DNA from: Octopus bimaculoides | Taxonomy: Eukaryota | Length of the DNA: 64,000 nt | NCBI RefSeq assembly: GCF_001194135.2 | Contig: NC_068987.1 | Coordinates: forward strand, 91,696,498-91,760,497 | Direction of reading: 5' to 3' | Shown here: positions 23,797 to 37,432 of the stretch, piece by piece | How the letters are laid out: every line of letters starts with the position of its first letter | How positions within the stretch are numbered: the first letter of the stretch is position 1 | The notes under the pieces: generated by a model | The model's input: only the letters and a program-made list of their open reading frames with translations | The model's database searches: none | What the model was told of the DNA's origin: nothing | Program-made: the position numbers and the translations under genes

Positions 23797-26479
23797 CGCT
23801 CACGCTTTCCTCTCTTCTCACCATCTCCCTCCTCTCGAAATATATATTTGAAAATGCAGCACCGCTTGATCATGAGAATCGTATAATTGTTACATTATTC
23901 TCATACTTGTTGCAGCATCGCTATGAAGACTTAATATAATTTATATTATCTGAAAGAAACTAATACAAAATCTATTTGACTTAGATTTGAAATCAGAAAC
24001 TAAAGGGAAGTAATCAAATACAACATTAGTGTTCTATCATAAGATTTACCGATTTGAATTACTATCAATAAACTAGGCATGTCGCTTTGTCTAATAATCT
24101 TTACTATTGCTCTTCTCGCGCATGAAACAAGATGCTTTCCTATACACACTTTGCTGTCCAGGCAAAAAATTCACCGTCGTTAAATCAAGGCAAATTGACC
24201 ACTGGCGCTTAGGCTAATATGATTTCTGTAAGACAATTTTGACATTTCCATATACTTTTTAAGTTTAATAAATGAGCAATTGGTAAAGATGCCTTGCGGT
24301 TTCCATTGTGCAATAAAGCACATTCCAAATTTCTGGTGGACCTGTCTATAAAATGCACCCAACTGGATGTTAGTGTATTTCTAGTTGCAGACAGTTCTTT
24401 TCTTTTTCCCTTGTTTGGATTCAGCGAACTGTTTTCATTAAATGAGATTTCATATCACCAATCTCAATCCACAACATTGAATTCTTTTCGAAGAACTGGT
24501 TTCGAAACTAAGTATTAGTTATATTCATTGCTAACATCTGCAGCTGACACCTAACTCCGAATTTCTTCAAAACCTAAAAAAGAAAGGTCAGGTGAGAGGT
24601 AAACACTAGTATGAGAATTTCTTTGCTATGTGCTATTGGTCACTTAGGTGATTCCAAACCAAAATATGCCTATATTTATTATTTTGTAACAGTTGAAACC
24701 TTTCACATTAACGGCATAAAAATAACACTAGTGGTTTTGCAGCTCTCGTCACACAATAGGCAATCCGATGTTTCAAAGCTGTTCTTATCTTTTGCCTATT
24801 ACCGAAGGAGTTCGATACAGACTTTCCATACCTTATGATAACTAATGGCTTATGTTCCATCTCCAAGCTTTAAACCAAAATAAGAAAGGCTTCTTTTACA
24901 AACACGCTCGTCAGTTAATAAATCTTACAAATATTAAATTTGTTAAGAAAACTTCATTAAAATTTTATGTAAAAGAGAAATCTATCTCTGTTTTTCTCTG
25001 GTAAATAACAAAGCCTCAAACGTTCGTTATTTTGCTCACCATTGAGACTTATTGTGCTCTTCTGTAAAATATTTAACGCCTGTTCAATTATAAAACAATA
25101 TCCAAATTTTGAGAATTTTAATTGTATTTAACGCTCACTTATACTTTTGCATACCATAAATCTGTGTGCTGGTTGTTTCTTATATCTTTGGATGAAGAGT
25201 GTCAGGGGTCATGGACATTTACCGAGTCTTAGAAATTTGAAAGGGTAGGAGTGGCGAAAGAAACGAAAACTGAACAGTTGTGTTGTTACATTACAAAATC
25301 GTGCATCAGTATAACATATATATTCGGATATGAAAGCCGTCGTCAAAAGTGTGCAACAACATAAATCAGCAAAAGATACACAGTGAGTATGTGGGATTTG
25401 TATAGTAAGCCATAGACTAGGCCTATATCTCAAAGACAACCTAATTAAGTTATCAGAACAAATGTTTTTTTTGTTTTTCTTTTCTTTTTTATGCGTCCTT
25501 TCTGAAATAGATTCCATATACTGCTTTGTAATGAAAAACATGGACTTAATATTTATATGTCACCGTCTTGTGTTTTTGTGTTTTTTTTTCGTTATTTTAG
25601 ATATTCATTTTTGTGTATAATTGATCGGTTTCTGTTTTCCTTGATGTTTATTCTGTTGTTGTTTTTGGTCGATGTTTGCTGTGCGTTGTACACTCTACTT
25701 TCAAAGAAGACAATTCGTTATTGTAAATATTGACAGTGAATAGTCAATTTAACTTCTGTATTCCGAAATGTAACGATATACCAATACCCAAATCAGTGAT
25801 TATATGTGAAGCATCACATGAGAATAAGAACAAAAAATAAAATAATGCATGAACAAAAATGATAACAAAACCAAGAACTAACAAAGCAGTTGTCCAATAA
25901 ATAAACAAAGCACTAATACATCAAATAGGCAGAAAGATAAATAAACATCGATCTTATTAATCATTAAGGCTTAGAGTGGAAGATAAACCAGCACAAAATG
26001 GAGGGAGGGAGAGAATCAAAATGGCGAAAATATGTAATTATATAGTATCAACGTCTTATTAAATTTACAGATTGATTTTACAGACACGAAAAAAAAGATG
26101 CAAAATTAAAGAGGAAACAAATACACAGTATAAACACCGTACACCACTCTGTTTTAAGCATACACACAATCACTCTCTTTCTCTCTCTCTCTCTCGTCGC
26201 TTTCTATCTCTGGAAATAGAATAAATATACATACACAAACACGCGCACACAAATATATATATATATATGCGCGTACAAACATATATACACACACACACAT
26301 ATATACACACANNNNNNNNNNNNNNNNNNNNNNNNNNNNNNNNNNNNNNNNNNNNNNNNNNNNNNNNNNNNNNNNNNNNNNNNNNNNNNNNNNNNNNNNN
26401 NNNNNNNNNNNNNNNNNNNNNNNNNNNNNNNNNNNNNNNNNNNNNNNNNNNNNNNNNNNNNNNNNNNNNNNNNNNNNNN

Positions 26480-26530
<51 letters not shown>

Positions 26531-28044
26531 CATACATACATATGTTTATATATATATATATATTTATTTAATATCTATACAAATATATTTATGTGTGTAT
26601 ATAAATTTATATACAAGCATATATATATTACTTACATATAGTATATGTTTATGTGTACATATATATATATGAATANNNNNNNNNNNNNNNNNNNNNNNNN
26701 NNNNNNNNNNNNNNNNNTTTATATATATATATATATATGTAGCAACATGTGTGTGTGTGTTTACTCACACATACACGCACGCACACACACGTATATGTAC
26801 GCACAAAAGATAAGGTTTATTAAAAATTATGGCAATTTTCAATTATGACAGTTTAGATTTGTTAAAAAGCGACATTTATGTCTTCGTGTCAAATTAATGA
26901 AATAAAGAAATTAAAGAGAAAGAAAGACAGAAAGAAAGGAAAGAAAAATGAAAGAATAATGTAAGGTAGGAATGAAGGAAGAAAGGAAGGCAAGAAAGAA
27001 GAAAAAGAATGGTGAACGAAGGCGGTCGAAATTATTTTAAATTGAATTGAATTGTGAAGTGAAAAGTTTCTTCTTCAAGACAAATCGTCATTAGTAGAAT
27101 GATTTCTATTCATAGGAAATAAATAACATTAGCAGAGTGTGACACTTTCAACTAGAATCCACTGTTTGTTTCTAAATAATTACTTGATTTATAGTTCGAG
27201 ATGTTTCTTGTTGATTCTCTTTTCCTCTGTCTCATTGTTATTCATCTTTATTTTAGCCAGCAGCCTTTATTAGCTATTAAAGAGCAATTAATCAGTTTTT
27301 GTTTGCTGTTTATTGCTGGCATATTATTGGACATAAGACATCATAATCACTTATAGAGATGAAGCTCTAGTATACGTGTGTATATATGTATATGTGGATA
27401 TATATTGTACGCATGTATGTAAGTATACACCTGTGTGTCTGTGCACACATATACAGATACACAGAGTCACATACTCATATACGTACATATACACTAATAT
27501 GTGTGTGAGTGCGTGTATGTATGTATATATATATATATATATGAATGTGTATGCGCATGTGTGTTTGTACGGTAGGTATGTATCTGTGTAGAGAAAGGCA
27601 GAGGGAGAAAGATAAAAAATTGAGAGTGAGATAGATCGATAGGTAATAGAAGAAGAGAGGGACGGAAAGATATGGAAAGAGGGTGTGAGAGGCGAGGAAG
27701 ATATAGAGCCAGACAAAGAAAGAAAGATAGAAAGAAAAGGAGAAAATATGCTTTGAATTAGCTAAGAAATTCAGTTTTACGCTGGCTTATGGCTGTACGT
27801 CTAATACCAATAGTGTCTTTTATATTTCTTTCTGAGAATAGCGAGAACAAATTAAATGAACAATAGTAAATACCATTTAAAAAATTGGTGAAAAGTTATT
27901 GTTTACACAATTATATCGAAATTTAGAAAGTACAGATTTTACCATTTCTTGGAAATATTTCATGGAATCTCTTGCAGAGGAGATAATATGAAAAAGTTGC
28001 AAGCCTTGAAACATTTTTGCTATTATTCTATTTGGACCAGAGAA

Positions 28045-28250
28045 TGGATAGCACTCCGAGCGAAATGATTACTGGTATTTCGACTGCCGCTACGTTCTGA
28101 GTTTAAATTCCGCCGGAGTCGACTTTGCCTTTCATCCTTTCGGGGTCGAATAAATAAATACCTGTTATGCACTGGGGTAGAGGAAATCGAGTAGGCCCCA
28201 CCCCCAAATTTCAGGCCACGTGCCTTTAGTAAAAAGGATTGTTTTATTGG
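28045..28250 (+). mobile_element. SINE family A
   Basis: GCTACGTTCTGAGTTTAAATTCCGCCGGAGTCGACTTTGCCTTTCATCCTTTCGGGGTCGA. Confidence 0.88.
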
Positions 28251-28301
28251 CTCCAATAACGCAAGATCTTGCTCACACACACGTACTCATGCAGGCACAC
28301 A

Positions 28302-28345
<44 letters not shown>

Positions 28346-28689
28346 AAATAAGAAACAAGGATATCCAAAGTTAATGCAGTACGATCGTTTCATGCGACCC
28401 CATTTATTTAAGCAACGTGGACATTACATCAAATGTAAAATGCAGAGCAATCCTCAGCTGCACAAAGATATAGAAATTTATTGAAATTTCATTTTAACAG
28501 AAGGATATATTTACTGTCTATATTGTTTACCCCTTTCCCTTTCCCGACAATGAAAATGCTGGTGCCCTCTTAAGCTTTGAATCACTCGGTCTGATAAGAT
28601 GATCCATAAATCAGAAAAAAACAAAAACGAATAAAATCACTGACAGCTGAAAATCAGCTTCGAATTAATTACTAGCCTGTATGGTCTGG

Positions 28690-28990
28690 CTAAGTCAAAA
28701 TGTTTTTTTGTATTCTCCCTTTCTAGTTGGAGAGTCTAAATGTAGTTATAAAAATATGTCCTTCTCTTTCAAGGCCAAAGAGCTACACTTATTGTCCGAG
28801 CCTCATATACTGCATTAATATTCTTCCCACGCTCCGTTGCGTTGTTGCCTTTATTGAACTCATAAAGCAAAATATGCTGAATATACTCCTTTGTCACTTC
28901 CGTTATAACTTTGAAAAAATAACTGTTAAAATCGAACTGCACTCTTCAGAGCTTGCACTAAGAATAACTACATACTAAAATCACTACCTG
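28690..28990 (-). mobile_element. mariner (Mos1/Hsmar-like) transposase N-terminal remnant, internally deleted
   Basis: From 28903 the minus strand reads (ACG)EVTKEYIQHILLYEFNKGNNATERGKNINAVY, the first HTH region of mariner transposases. The frame is lost after about 40 codons. Confidence 0.75.
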
Positions 28991-29349
28991 GTTTTATAGT
29001 AAAAGAGCTGGAAGGGAAAAAAGTAGCATGTGAAGAGATGCGAATTTGAAATAGGCATCGTTTTACCTGCGCCTGGCTGCTTCCGCATTCTAGAGATTCT
29101 GAAGGGTGAATGTCTGACCGCCAATACGTAGGCATATAACATTAGCAAAGAAAATGTACATTTCAGAAGAACGGCTATAGTTTTTTATACACATGCAAAC
29201 ATATATATAAAGAAGTATATGTAATATACATAGCCACATATTCATAAATACATATAGAACCCGCATATGTATGTATGTATGTATAGATGGATGGATGGAT
29301 GGATGGATAGATGGAGAAGTGTATGTGTGATTGCTCTTTTGAGATCTAT

Positions 29350-29515
29350 TTAAGTTCTTAAGAGAGTTCATGCCGGTCGCTAACAATGCGACAAGAATTT
29401 AAATTAAGACAGTTTCAAGTGTTTGTAAATATGTGGCTGAGTTGGTATGTTGAGAAGCCTAATTTCTCAAGATTGGTATTTAGGTAGTGTGTGACATATC
29501 ACGGGGCTCCAATGA
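29350..29515. repeat. Interspersed repeat modules X+Y
   Basis: Shares AGAGAGTTCA...GTAAATATGTGG with 7355-7450 and module Y with 22690-22760. Confidence 0.7.
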
Positions 29516-30454
29516 TTACACGTAGAAACCTGAACTTGTAATCTGAATAGAGTAAATGCAGATTACTCAATAGTTCAGCAATGCATGCATGCAAGTAAGT
29601 TCATATGTATATATGTATGTATCTATCGATGTATGTATATATGTATGCATGGATATTTTAGTTATCTGACTTAAATAGTTTGTTGTTACTCAAGTATGGT
29701 GTTTACATGATCGTAATGGGAGAAGAATGAAGGTATTTCAGTTTTTAGTAAAGTATGTATTTATATTATAAACTATGTATTGAGTTCTTTGTTTTTTGAT
29801 CATTACAAATAAACTGTGTGCATATATGTGTAAGGTAGCGTGCATGGATGAGTGTGTGCACGCGAAATAATTGAATTTGCATAATATCAAAAATACAATT
29901 ATAGTTACATCTTCAGGCTGGGCAAGAAACGTATCTCTATNNNNNNNNNNNNNNNNNNNNNNNNNNNNNNNNNNNNNNNNNNNNNNNNNNNNNNNNNNNN
30001 NNNNNNNNNNNNNNNNNNNNNNNNNNNNNNNNNNNNNNNNNNNNATATATACATATATATATACATATATATATATACATATATTTATACACAAACACAC
30101 ATGTATATGTAGCTGTCTATTTATCTTCTGTGTCTTTCTATCAAAATCTTTTGCATATCATTCTCTCTCTCTCTCTCTCTCTCAACATCTATATATACTT
30201 GTGGGTGTTTGTGCTTGCGTAAACAGCTAAACGACTCGAGAAAGAAACTCATATGTAATCAATTCCGGTGTCAATTGTGATAACATCTCAAAATGACATC
30301 GTTAATACTAATCAGTTTTGCATATTCTGACATTCCCGAATAATGAAGAAATATCAGCGTATTTTGTCAGATCTGTCAGTTGTCATTCAGTTTGCTATAT
30401 TTCTTATTTGGCAAATAAACACGTACACACATGCACACAGGCACATACATAGAA

Positions 30455-30485
<31 letters not shown>

Positions 30486-30638
30486 CGCACGACACACCCA
30501 AAAACACACACACATACGCACACACGCACGACACACTCACCCACAACAACACACACACACACGCACACACGCACACGTAAACATGCGTATATATATTTGT
30601 GTGTGTATGTATATATANNNNNNNNNNNNNNNNNNNNN

Positions 30639-30691
<53 letters not shown>

Positions 30692-30824
30692 TAAATATAT
30701 ACATATCATTACCTCCTTACTTGCATAATACATACATACACACACATAATATCTATATCCATCAGTATATCTATCTATTTATTGACAAACATGCATGAAT
30801 ATATGTGTGTATATACATACATAC

Positions 30825-30867
<43 letters not shown>

Positions 30868-31319
30868 ATTATACACACATATATATATGTATAAAAAGTA
30901 GCATCGAAGTAGAAAAAAAAATGGGAAATCGTTTGCAGGTATGAAGCACTGTATCACCTAAAATACTTCTTTCTGTGATAACCGTAGCACAAGTTGTGTG
31001 ACAGACTAGCCGGAAATACGCCTCTGGACAACAAATGCTTTGGGAAGGAAATACAATATACTATTGACATTCATGACATAATACAGATCTAATTTGGGCT
31101 CTCACAAGAATGCCTTACTAGAATAATTGTATGATTATCCAAGTTTGTTTAGTTTTTAGATAGTTGTAGTTTGGACAATCCATGCATAAACATTGTAACA
31201 GAAAGTATCCATTTAATGGCCAACAGATGCTATTTCTTTTTGACAAAGAAGCTAAGTATATGACATGAGTAGTGATGCATTTTCCAGGTGCATCTCATTT
31301 AGCTGGCAATAAAATGTTG

Positions 31320-31745
31320 ACGGTTGGCCGGATGGATCCTTACAACTTTCAGAACAAGAAGACAGGAGATCATGATGATCCCCAGGGAGACAAATGCTCT
31401 TAGCTGCTTAAAATGCTGCTCCCAACAAAGTGCAAAAAAAGGCAGTACACGAAGCAATCTACACAGAGCTACACAAAGAAGATCGTTTCAATGCGACACG
31501 TCAGCTACTGGGAAAGGTTGAGAGAAGTTGAGGCTCTATTCCCAAGAAACGAAGGCGGGAAAGATGTGCAGTGATATACAGCTGGAAAATTCTGGAAAGA
31601 CTTGTATCAGAACTTGGCATTCAAATTTACACAAACAGCAGAACAGCGTTGTTACTGAAAAGTGCCAAAAAACTCAACATTATCTCAGGAGCAGGTACTG
31701 CAGTAGCATGAGTTTCTCAAGCTATTTGCATTTTCCCTCTCAAAC
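31320..31745 (+). mobile_element. CR1/L2-like LINE, RT C-terminal fragment
   Basis: Pieces WILTTFRTR, MRHVSYWERLRE, LRLYSQE and ERCAVIYSWKILERLV match the CR1-group motif Y.ERL..L.L.SL..RR.R...I..YKI. Confidence 0.78.
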
Positions 31746-31870
31746 CACCAGCCAATCCAACACATTGCAGCAAAATAAAAAACCATGAACACCACCACAT
31801 CATACTCACCACCGTAACGTTCTAATCTACCTCACTCCACTCACCCAAACAAATAATAGATGGAAATAAA

Positions 31871-32495
31871 GGCGCAGACGTGGTTGTGTGTTAAGAGGAT
31901 TGCTTCTCAACCCCACGGTTCTACGTTCAGTCCCTCTGCATAGCACCTTGGGCAATTCACTTCTACCATAGCCTCGTACGAACCAAAGCCTTGTGAGCAG
32001 ATTTAGTAGAAGGAAACTGAAATATTCCCTTCATCNNNNNNNNNNNNNNNNNNNNNNNNNNNNNNNNNNNNNNNNNNNNNNNNNNNNNNNNNNNNNNNNN
32101 NNNNNNNNNNNNNNNNNNNNNNNNNNNNNNNNNNNNNNNNNNNNNNNNNNNNNNNNNNNNNNNNNNNNNNNNNNNNNNNNNNNNNNNNNNNNNNNNNNNN
32201 NNNNNNNNNNNNNNNNNNNNNNNNNNNNNNNNNNNTATATATATATATATATATATGTGTATGTATATATATGTATATGTATATATAAATGTATGTACGT
32301 TTGTCCCTTACAATCGCTCGAAAATCGGTGTTTGTTTGTTTCCGTCCCTGTAAACTAGCGGTTCGATAGAATAACTACCTGACTTAAAGACACCGAAAGA
32401 ACTTCTGCAGTCGATTCATCCGACTAAAGATCCTCTAAGACGGTGCCCCAGCATGGCCGCAGTCTAATGTCTGAAACAGAGTAAAAGAATAAAAG
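31871..32495 (+). mobile_element. SINE family B, near full length, with internal (TA/TG)n spanning a gap
   Basis: GGCGCAGACGTGGTTGTGTG head, GCACCTTGGGCAA, CCAAAGCCTTGTGAG, internal microsatellite and gap, then tail GGTGCCCCAGCATGGCCGCAGTC...GAAACAGAGTAAAAGAATAAAAGA. Confidence 0.8.
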
Positions 32496-33184
32496 AGCGA
32501 AAATCAATGCCGACATAAAGCTTTACCAAAACTCCTATTTTCACAATCGAAGTCCAACAGGAAGCGTATACCATCGAAAGAATTTCTTTCTATTGCTTTT
32601 AGCTATAGAATCACTTCGACATACAGAGTAGAATAAAATTTCTTCGATACGATAACATAACTGTCTGAATATCGCCCTTCATCACCATTGCGCCCAATCA
32701 ATGGAACCCAATTCTACATGCAATCTTACATTTTGCATTTTACAGTATATGTTATATTTTGCACCAAATATTACGCACAAAGTGTTGACTTTTACATAGT
32801 AGAAAATGAATGCATACTAATTCCTGCTACATAAGTTTTTGTGAACTTTCATATCACGCCAACAATGAAAAACACGTAGTTCTGGACGTAACTTTAATGG
32901 CGCATCTACACGCCCCCACTCCACCGGCCAGTAAACACACATACACAACATACAAATCGCCCATCTTGCATGATCTGCTGTACACTTAACATAAAGCTAT
33001 CAATACACCACATTGAAATATTATTGTGAACACCTATCGAACACAATACATACCTATGATCCAGTCACAATATATAATCAATAGACGATTGTGCAACAAT
33101 TGCAGAAGAAGCCCACCCGCAGCAAAAGTCTACTGCATTGGTAGAGAGACCAAAGTAATACTAATTCTATTACACATATGTACA

Positions 33185-33215
<31 letters not shown>

Positions 33216-33543
33216 NNNNNNNNNNNNNNNNNNNNNNNNNNNNNNNNNNNNNNNNNNNNNNNNNNNNNNNNNNNNNNNNNNNNNNNNNNNNNNNNNNNNN
33301 NNNNNNNNNNNNNNNNNNNNNNNNNNNNNNNNNNNNNNNNNNNNNNNNNNNNNNNNNNNNNNNNNNNNNNNNNNNNNNNNNNNNNNNNNNNNNNNNNNNN
33401 NNNNNNNNNNNNNNNNNNNNNNNNNNNNNNNNNNNNNNNNNNNNNNNNNNNNNNNNNNNNNNNNNNNNNNNNNNNNNNNNNNNNNNNNNNNNAACGGGCA
33501 TACGATTCTATCAATACATGTATGTGCGTGCTTGTGTGTTTAT

Positions 33544-33597
<54 letters not shown>

Positions 33598-33781
33598 ACA
33601 CACACACACAAACATGTACTTCAATACAAATTCTTAGGTGGTATACCATTTAACGATTGCAAAGTTTTATATTACACAATATTTCACATTCGTTGGATAT
33701 ACACGAAAATACAGAATTGATGTTTTGTTATACAACGTGGCCCAAAAGTCACTGAGGGTTTTTAATTCTTTATAACTCCAA

Positions 33782-33995
33782 GACGGCGAGTTGGCTGAAA
33801 CGTTAGCACGCCGGGTGAAATACTTGGCTGTATTTTGTGTGTCTTTATATTCTGAGTTCAAATTCCGCCGATGTTGACTTTGCCTATCATCGTTTCGGGG
33901 TCGATAAATTAATTACCAGTTGCGTACCCGGGTCGATCTAATCGACTGGCCCCCTTTCCCCAAAATTTCGGGCCTCGTGCCTAGAGTAAGAAAGA
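33782..33995 (+). mobile_element. SINE family A
   Basis: GACGGCGAGTTGGCTGAAACGTTAGC head, GAGTTCAAATTCC B box, TTTCGGGGTCGATAAA core. Confidence 0.9.
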
Positions 33996-34104
33996 ATCCT
34001 TAATAACTCTATTATTTTTACAAATAGGTGTATGAATGTTTAATTCAATATAGAGGAGATAATGCAGATTAACGTGCTTTAGTCTTTTTTTATTATACCC
34101 CTGC

Positions 34105-34800
34105 ATTACGGATGAAAAATGATATCGTTTAAATGGCGTCTATTTTCAGCTTCACAAATCCGTGCCCTTTCCAAAATATGTTCCATGACAGATGTAAGGG
34201 TTTCAGGGTCCAGTTCCCTGGTTTTTCTAATGATATTCTCCTTCAGTTGCTCCAGGGTTTCTGCTGTGTTGATATAAAGCTTCTCCTTGGGGTTCCACCC
34301 ACAAGAAGTCAGGCTGGTCAAGTCTGGGGAACGCGAGGGCCAGTTGACGTGACATAGGAAGAGATGATTCTTTCTTCAAAATATTGCCTCAGCAACTCTA
34401 TCGTCTCTCTAGCTGTATGAGAAGTTTACCCATCTTGCTGGAACCACATATTGGGCTTATTTTGAATGGCCGGGCTCAAAAAGTTCTCGATCATAGCCCT
34501 CTATCGCTCACCAGTCGCACTGGCAGCATTCTCATTCATCATCCAGCTTATCTCATCTGCTGTCATTGCACACCATATAGCACGCTTTACGAGCTGAAAT
34601 TCTCATTTGTGCTCTCTGGATTTGAATAAAAGACGCCTGATTTTCAGAGAACAATTTCACCATTTGGATACGTTGTGCGGTGCCATAATTTTTGATAAAA
34701 AATTTCCAGGAGCTAGTCCAGAAAATGCCTGAAAATAAAACCTCAAATGAATGCATTAATCGCCATGACTGGTTAGTATTGGCACAGGAGTACATGATAC
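34105..34800 (-). mobile_element. Tc1/mariner rosa-type (DD41D) transposon, internally deleted and decayed
   Basis: N-terminus NYGTAQRIQMVKLFSENQAS joins directly to the VWCAMTAD region, then WFQQDG*TSHT...NWPSRSPDLTS(PDF)...RHLNDIIFHP*. Spacing is 41 residues between the 2nd and 3rd D after correcting two 1-nt deletions. Confidence 0.85.
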
Positions 34801-35318
34801 ACATATGAACTCCCATATGAGAAGAACTAGTAGAAATGTAAGCATGCCAAAGGAGTAGATCATAGATATAATACCTTACTTTGGGACTCTATTATTGAAA
34901 CTGATCAATGCATTCGGCTAATAAATCAGTTGTTGAGGTAAAATCACGCTGATAAACCATGTTTGTTCATGTCTATCGTAGAAGACAGCAACACTTTTGT
35001 AAAAACATTTGAAAATTATCTGGGAGGGATTATGTTTACATTATGCAACTGCTTGTAACGTAAAGTTTGAATTTTGATTTGAAAAGTTATGTAAATACAA
35101 GGATCTTCAAATAGAGGTCTCAAAGACTGGGCGTCTAAGAACAACTGCACGCACCTGTGATTATTGGGTTTTAGTGGGATAATACCAAAAATGCTCTAAA
35201 CAATATGGCCAGAACTGCAAGTGCAAAATAAATGATCCTCTTAAAACTCTTTCAAAACTAAAATATTACGAATTTAAAAGAACCTTAATTAGCAGATGCT
35301 GGTCTTCTTCCCTTCCAG

Positions 35319-35549
35319 TATATCATAAACAACACCTATAGAAAAAACTTCCAACTTGCCGTTACTTGCGATCTCCGAGTGACACTTGGAGCAGCTCCAA
35401 AAATACAAAGCAGCAATAACATAAGGAATATTGATAATAATATTAGCAACAAACAACAATGCGAATGCATCTGTTCAACTAATTTTAGAAAAGAAACTTC
35501 TCCCCTGAATGTAACCACCAGACGTGATAAACTGTATTCTAGTGGATAG
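35319..35549 (+). CDS. Candidate terminal exon, possibly a class A GPCR helix 8 and C-tail
   Basis: Strong acceptor TTCTTCCCTTCCAG, then phase-0 frame YIINNTYRKNFQLAVTC...YSSG*. The N-x2-YR-x2-F-x4-C pattern resembles the helix 8 that follows NPxxY. No upstream TM exon was found. Confidence 0.25.
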   Translation, partial: YIINNTYRKNFQLAVTCDLRVTLGAAPKIQSSNNIRNIDNNISNKQQCECICSTNFRKETSPLNVTTRRDKLYSSG

Positions 35550-36535
35550 ATGTCTAGTTTGGGAAGCACAGATGTCTTCCATACAATTAACTGTTGTAAG
35601 TACAATTATATAGAAAAAAATACCTTTTAAATAGTCAGTTTAGATAATACACGTATTATTATGTACACTTAAGTAAAATGATGAGAGTTTTTTTTCTTTT
35701 TGTTTCTTTTTCTTTTTTTTTTCAATATCTATTCAGATTTTTACACAAAGTTCTAGATTGATAGATTTTAATAACGAAGTTGTTCAATTGTTCTATTTTG
35801 AGACAATAATTTGATGTTATTTTATGTATTTATTTATGCTGTAAGCGGCATCTACTTGAGATAGCAACAATTTCCTGGACATAATTGAAAGACGTTAGTC
35901 AAATATGGAACAAAAATTTTAAAAATTGTCTTTCTTTGCAAATAAGTTGTTTTTGTTGTTTTGTTCTTTCTGTCTCTTTATAAATATATATGACCAATAG
36001 AAAATCTGTAGCTAGCAAAATCCTTTATTCATCAGTTTTTAGACCAGATGTTCGGATTTAAAATATCTTTTCCTGAAACGCAGTACAGACCTACGTTACT
36101 ACTCCTCTGTTATGTTCCATTTATAAGATTTCAAATCCGAATTATCATAGTCTGCTAGGCTCTAAATATTTGTGTTAACGATAGAATAAATATAAGATCA
36201 AATCTTAGCATTGTAAGAAGTCGAATGTGGATTTTAGGAATATTATTTCGTTTCTGTACTTGACTCGCATGACTTTTTCTGCGAATTTGTTTGCTGAAAC
36301 GCATTTAGTTGTATCTTTAGAGAGTTAATAAGCACATGCACTGGTTATATTTCGCTTCTTTATTAACTAATCGAGCGTTTGATAAATTGGATATATCCTA
36401 TTCCTTTCCTCGCCATTTGTGATCTCCTCAGTGACATGCCCTCTCAGGTATGCTCCACGTCTGACAGACAGGCCAGTGCATGTGTTTGTTATTGGCATAA
36501 TGACCTCCCGAGATATAATATAATAATACATTTTC

Positions 36536-37113
36536 ATTCCCCGTCCCCCTTCTTTCCTCTTTACATACAATCTTGACACATCATTCTTGGGGTGTAGTTC
36601 CTTGTTCCTTGTCATTAATTTACGTATTCTCCGGTCTATCTCTTCTCATTCATACTTCTTCCAAGCTACTATTCCTGTCCCATATCTCATCAAAGCAGCC
36701 GCCCACGTATTAGTTGCTCTAACCTAATAGTGGCCATTTAGCTTCGATTGGAGCACAAGCCGAGTTCTCCTCAAATTCTCTTTTCTGTACATTTCTTTCA
36801 TCTTGTGTTCATTCATCTTATCTCTTTCAATGATACCCATGTGCTTATATTCTTCCTTTCCGACTTCCTTTATAATTTCACCACTTTCCAGCTTGATCCC
36901 TTGGCTTTTACTGATTTCCCCCCTTTTGAGAATCATTACACCACCTTTCTCGATCCCAAATTCTATGCCAATATCTTTGCTAATCATCAGTCTCGCAATT
37001 CTCCTGTACAGAGCTGTCATATCTTTAAGTCAAAAGCCCTGAGCCCCATCTGGGCCTGGCGCTTTCCAGTTAGCAATTTTTCTGCACTGATCTCTAATCA
37101 TCACCTCCGCTGT
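36536..37113 (-). mobile_element. R4/Dong-clade fragment with RT core deleted
   Basis: NWKAPGPDG is joined within about 20 codons to ISKDIGIEFGIEK, then LVLQSKLNG, NTWAAALMRYGTG and LHPKNDVSRLYVKRKEGGRG. The 5' end is at (TAA)n. Confidence 0.9.
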
Positions 37114-37121
37114 TATTATTA

Positions 37122-37182
<61 letters not shown>

Positions 37183-37199
37183 CATTATTATTATTATTA

Positions 37200-37230
<31 letters not shown>

Positions 37231-37356
37231 CATCATTATTATTATTAATATTATTATTATTATTATTATTATTATTACTAGTAGTAGTAGTAGTAGTAGT
37301 AGCAGCAGTAGCAGCAATAGCAGTAGTCGTAGTAGTAGTAGTAGTAGCAGCAGCAA

Positions 37357-37413
<57 letters not shown>

Positions 37414-37432
37414 GAGGAGGAGGAGGCGGAGG
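37114..37432. repeat. Compound (ATT)n-(AGT)n-(AGC)n-(AGT)n-(AGG)n array
   Basis: Directly visible. Confidence 0.95.

Noticed and set aside
28727-28978. Plus-strand ORF behind a strong-looking acceptor
   Set aside because: It is the antisense of a mariner transposase remnant.
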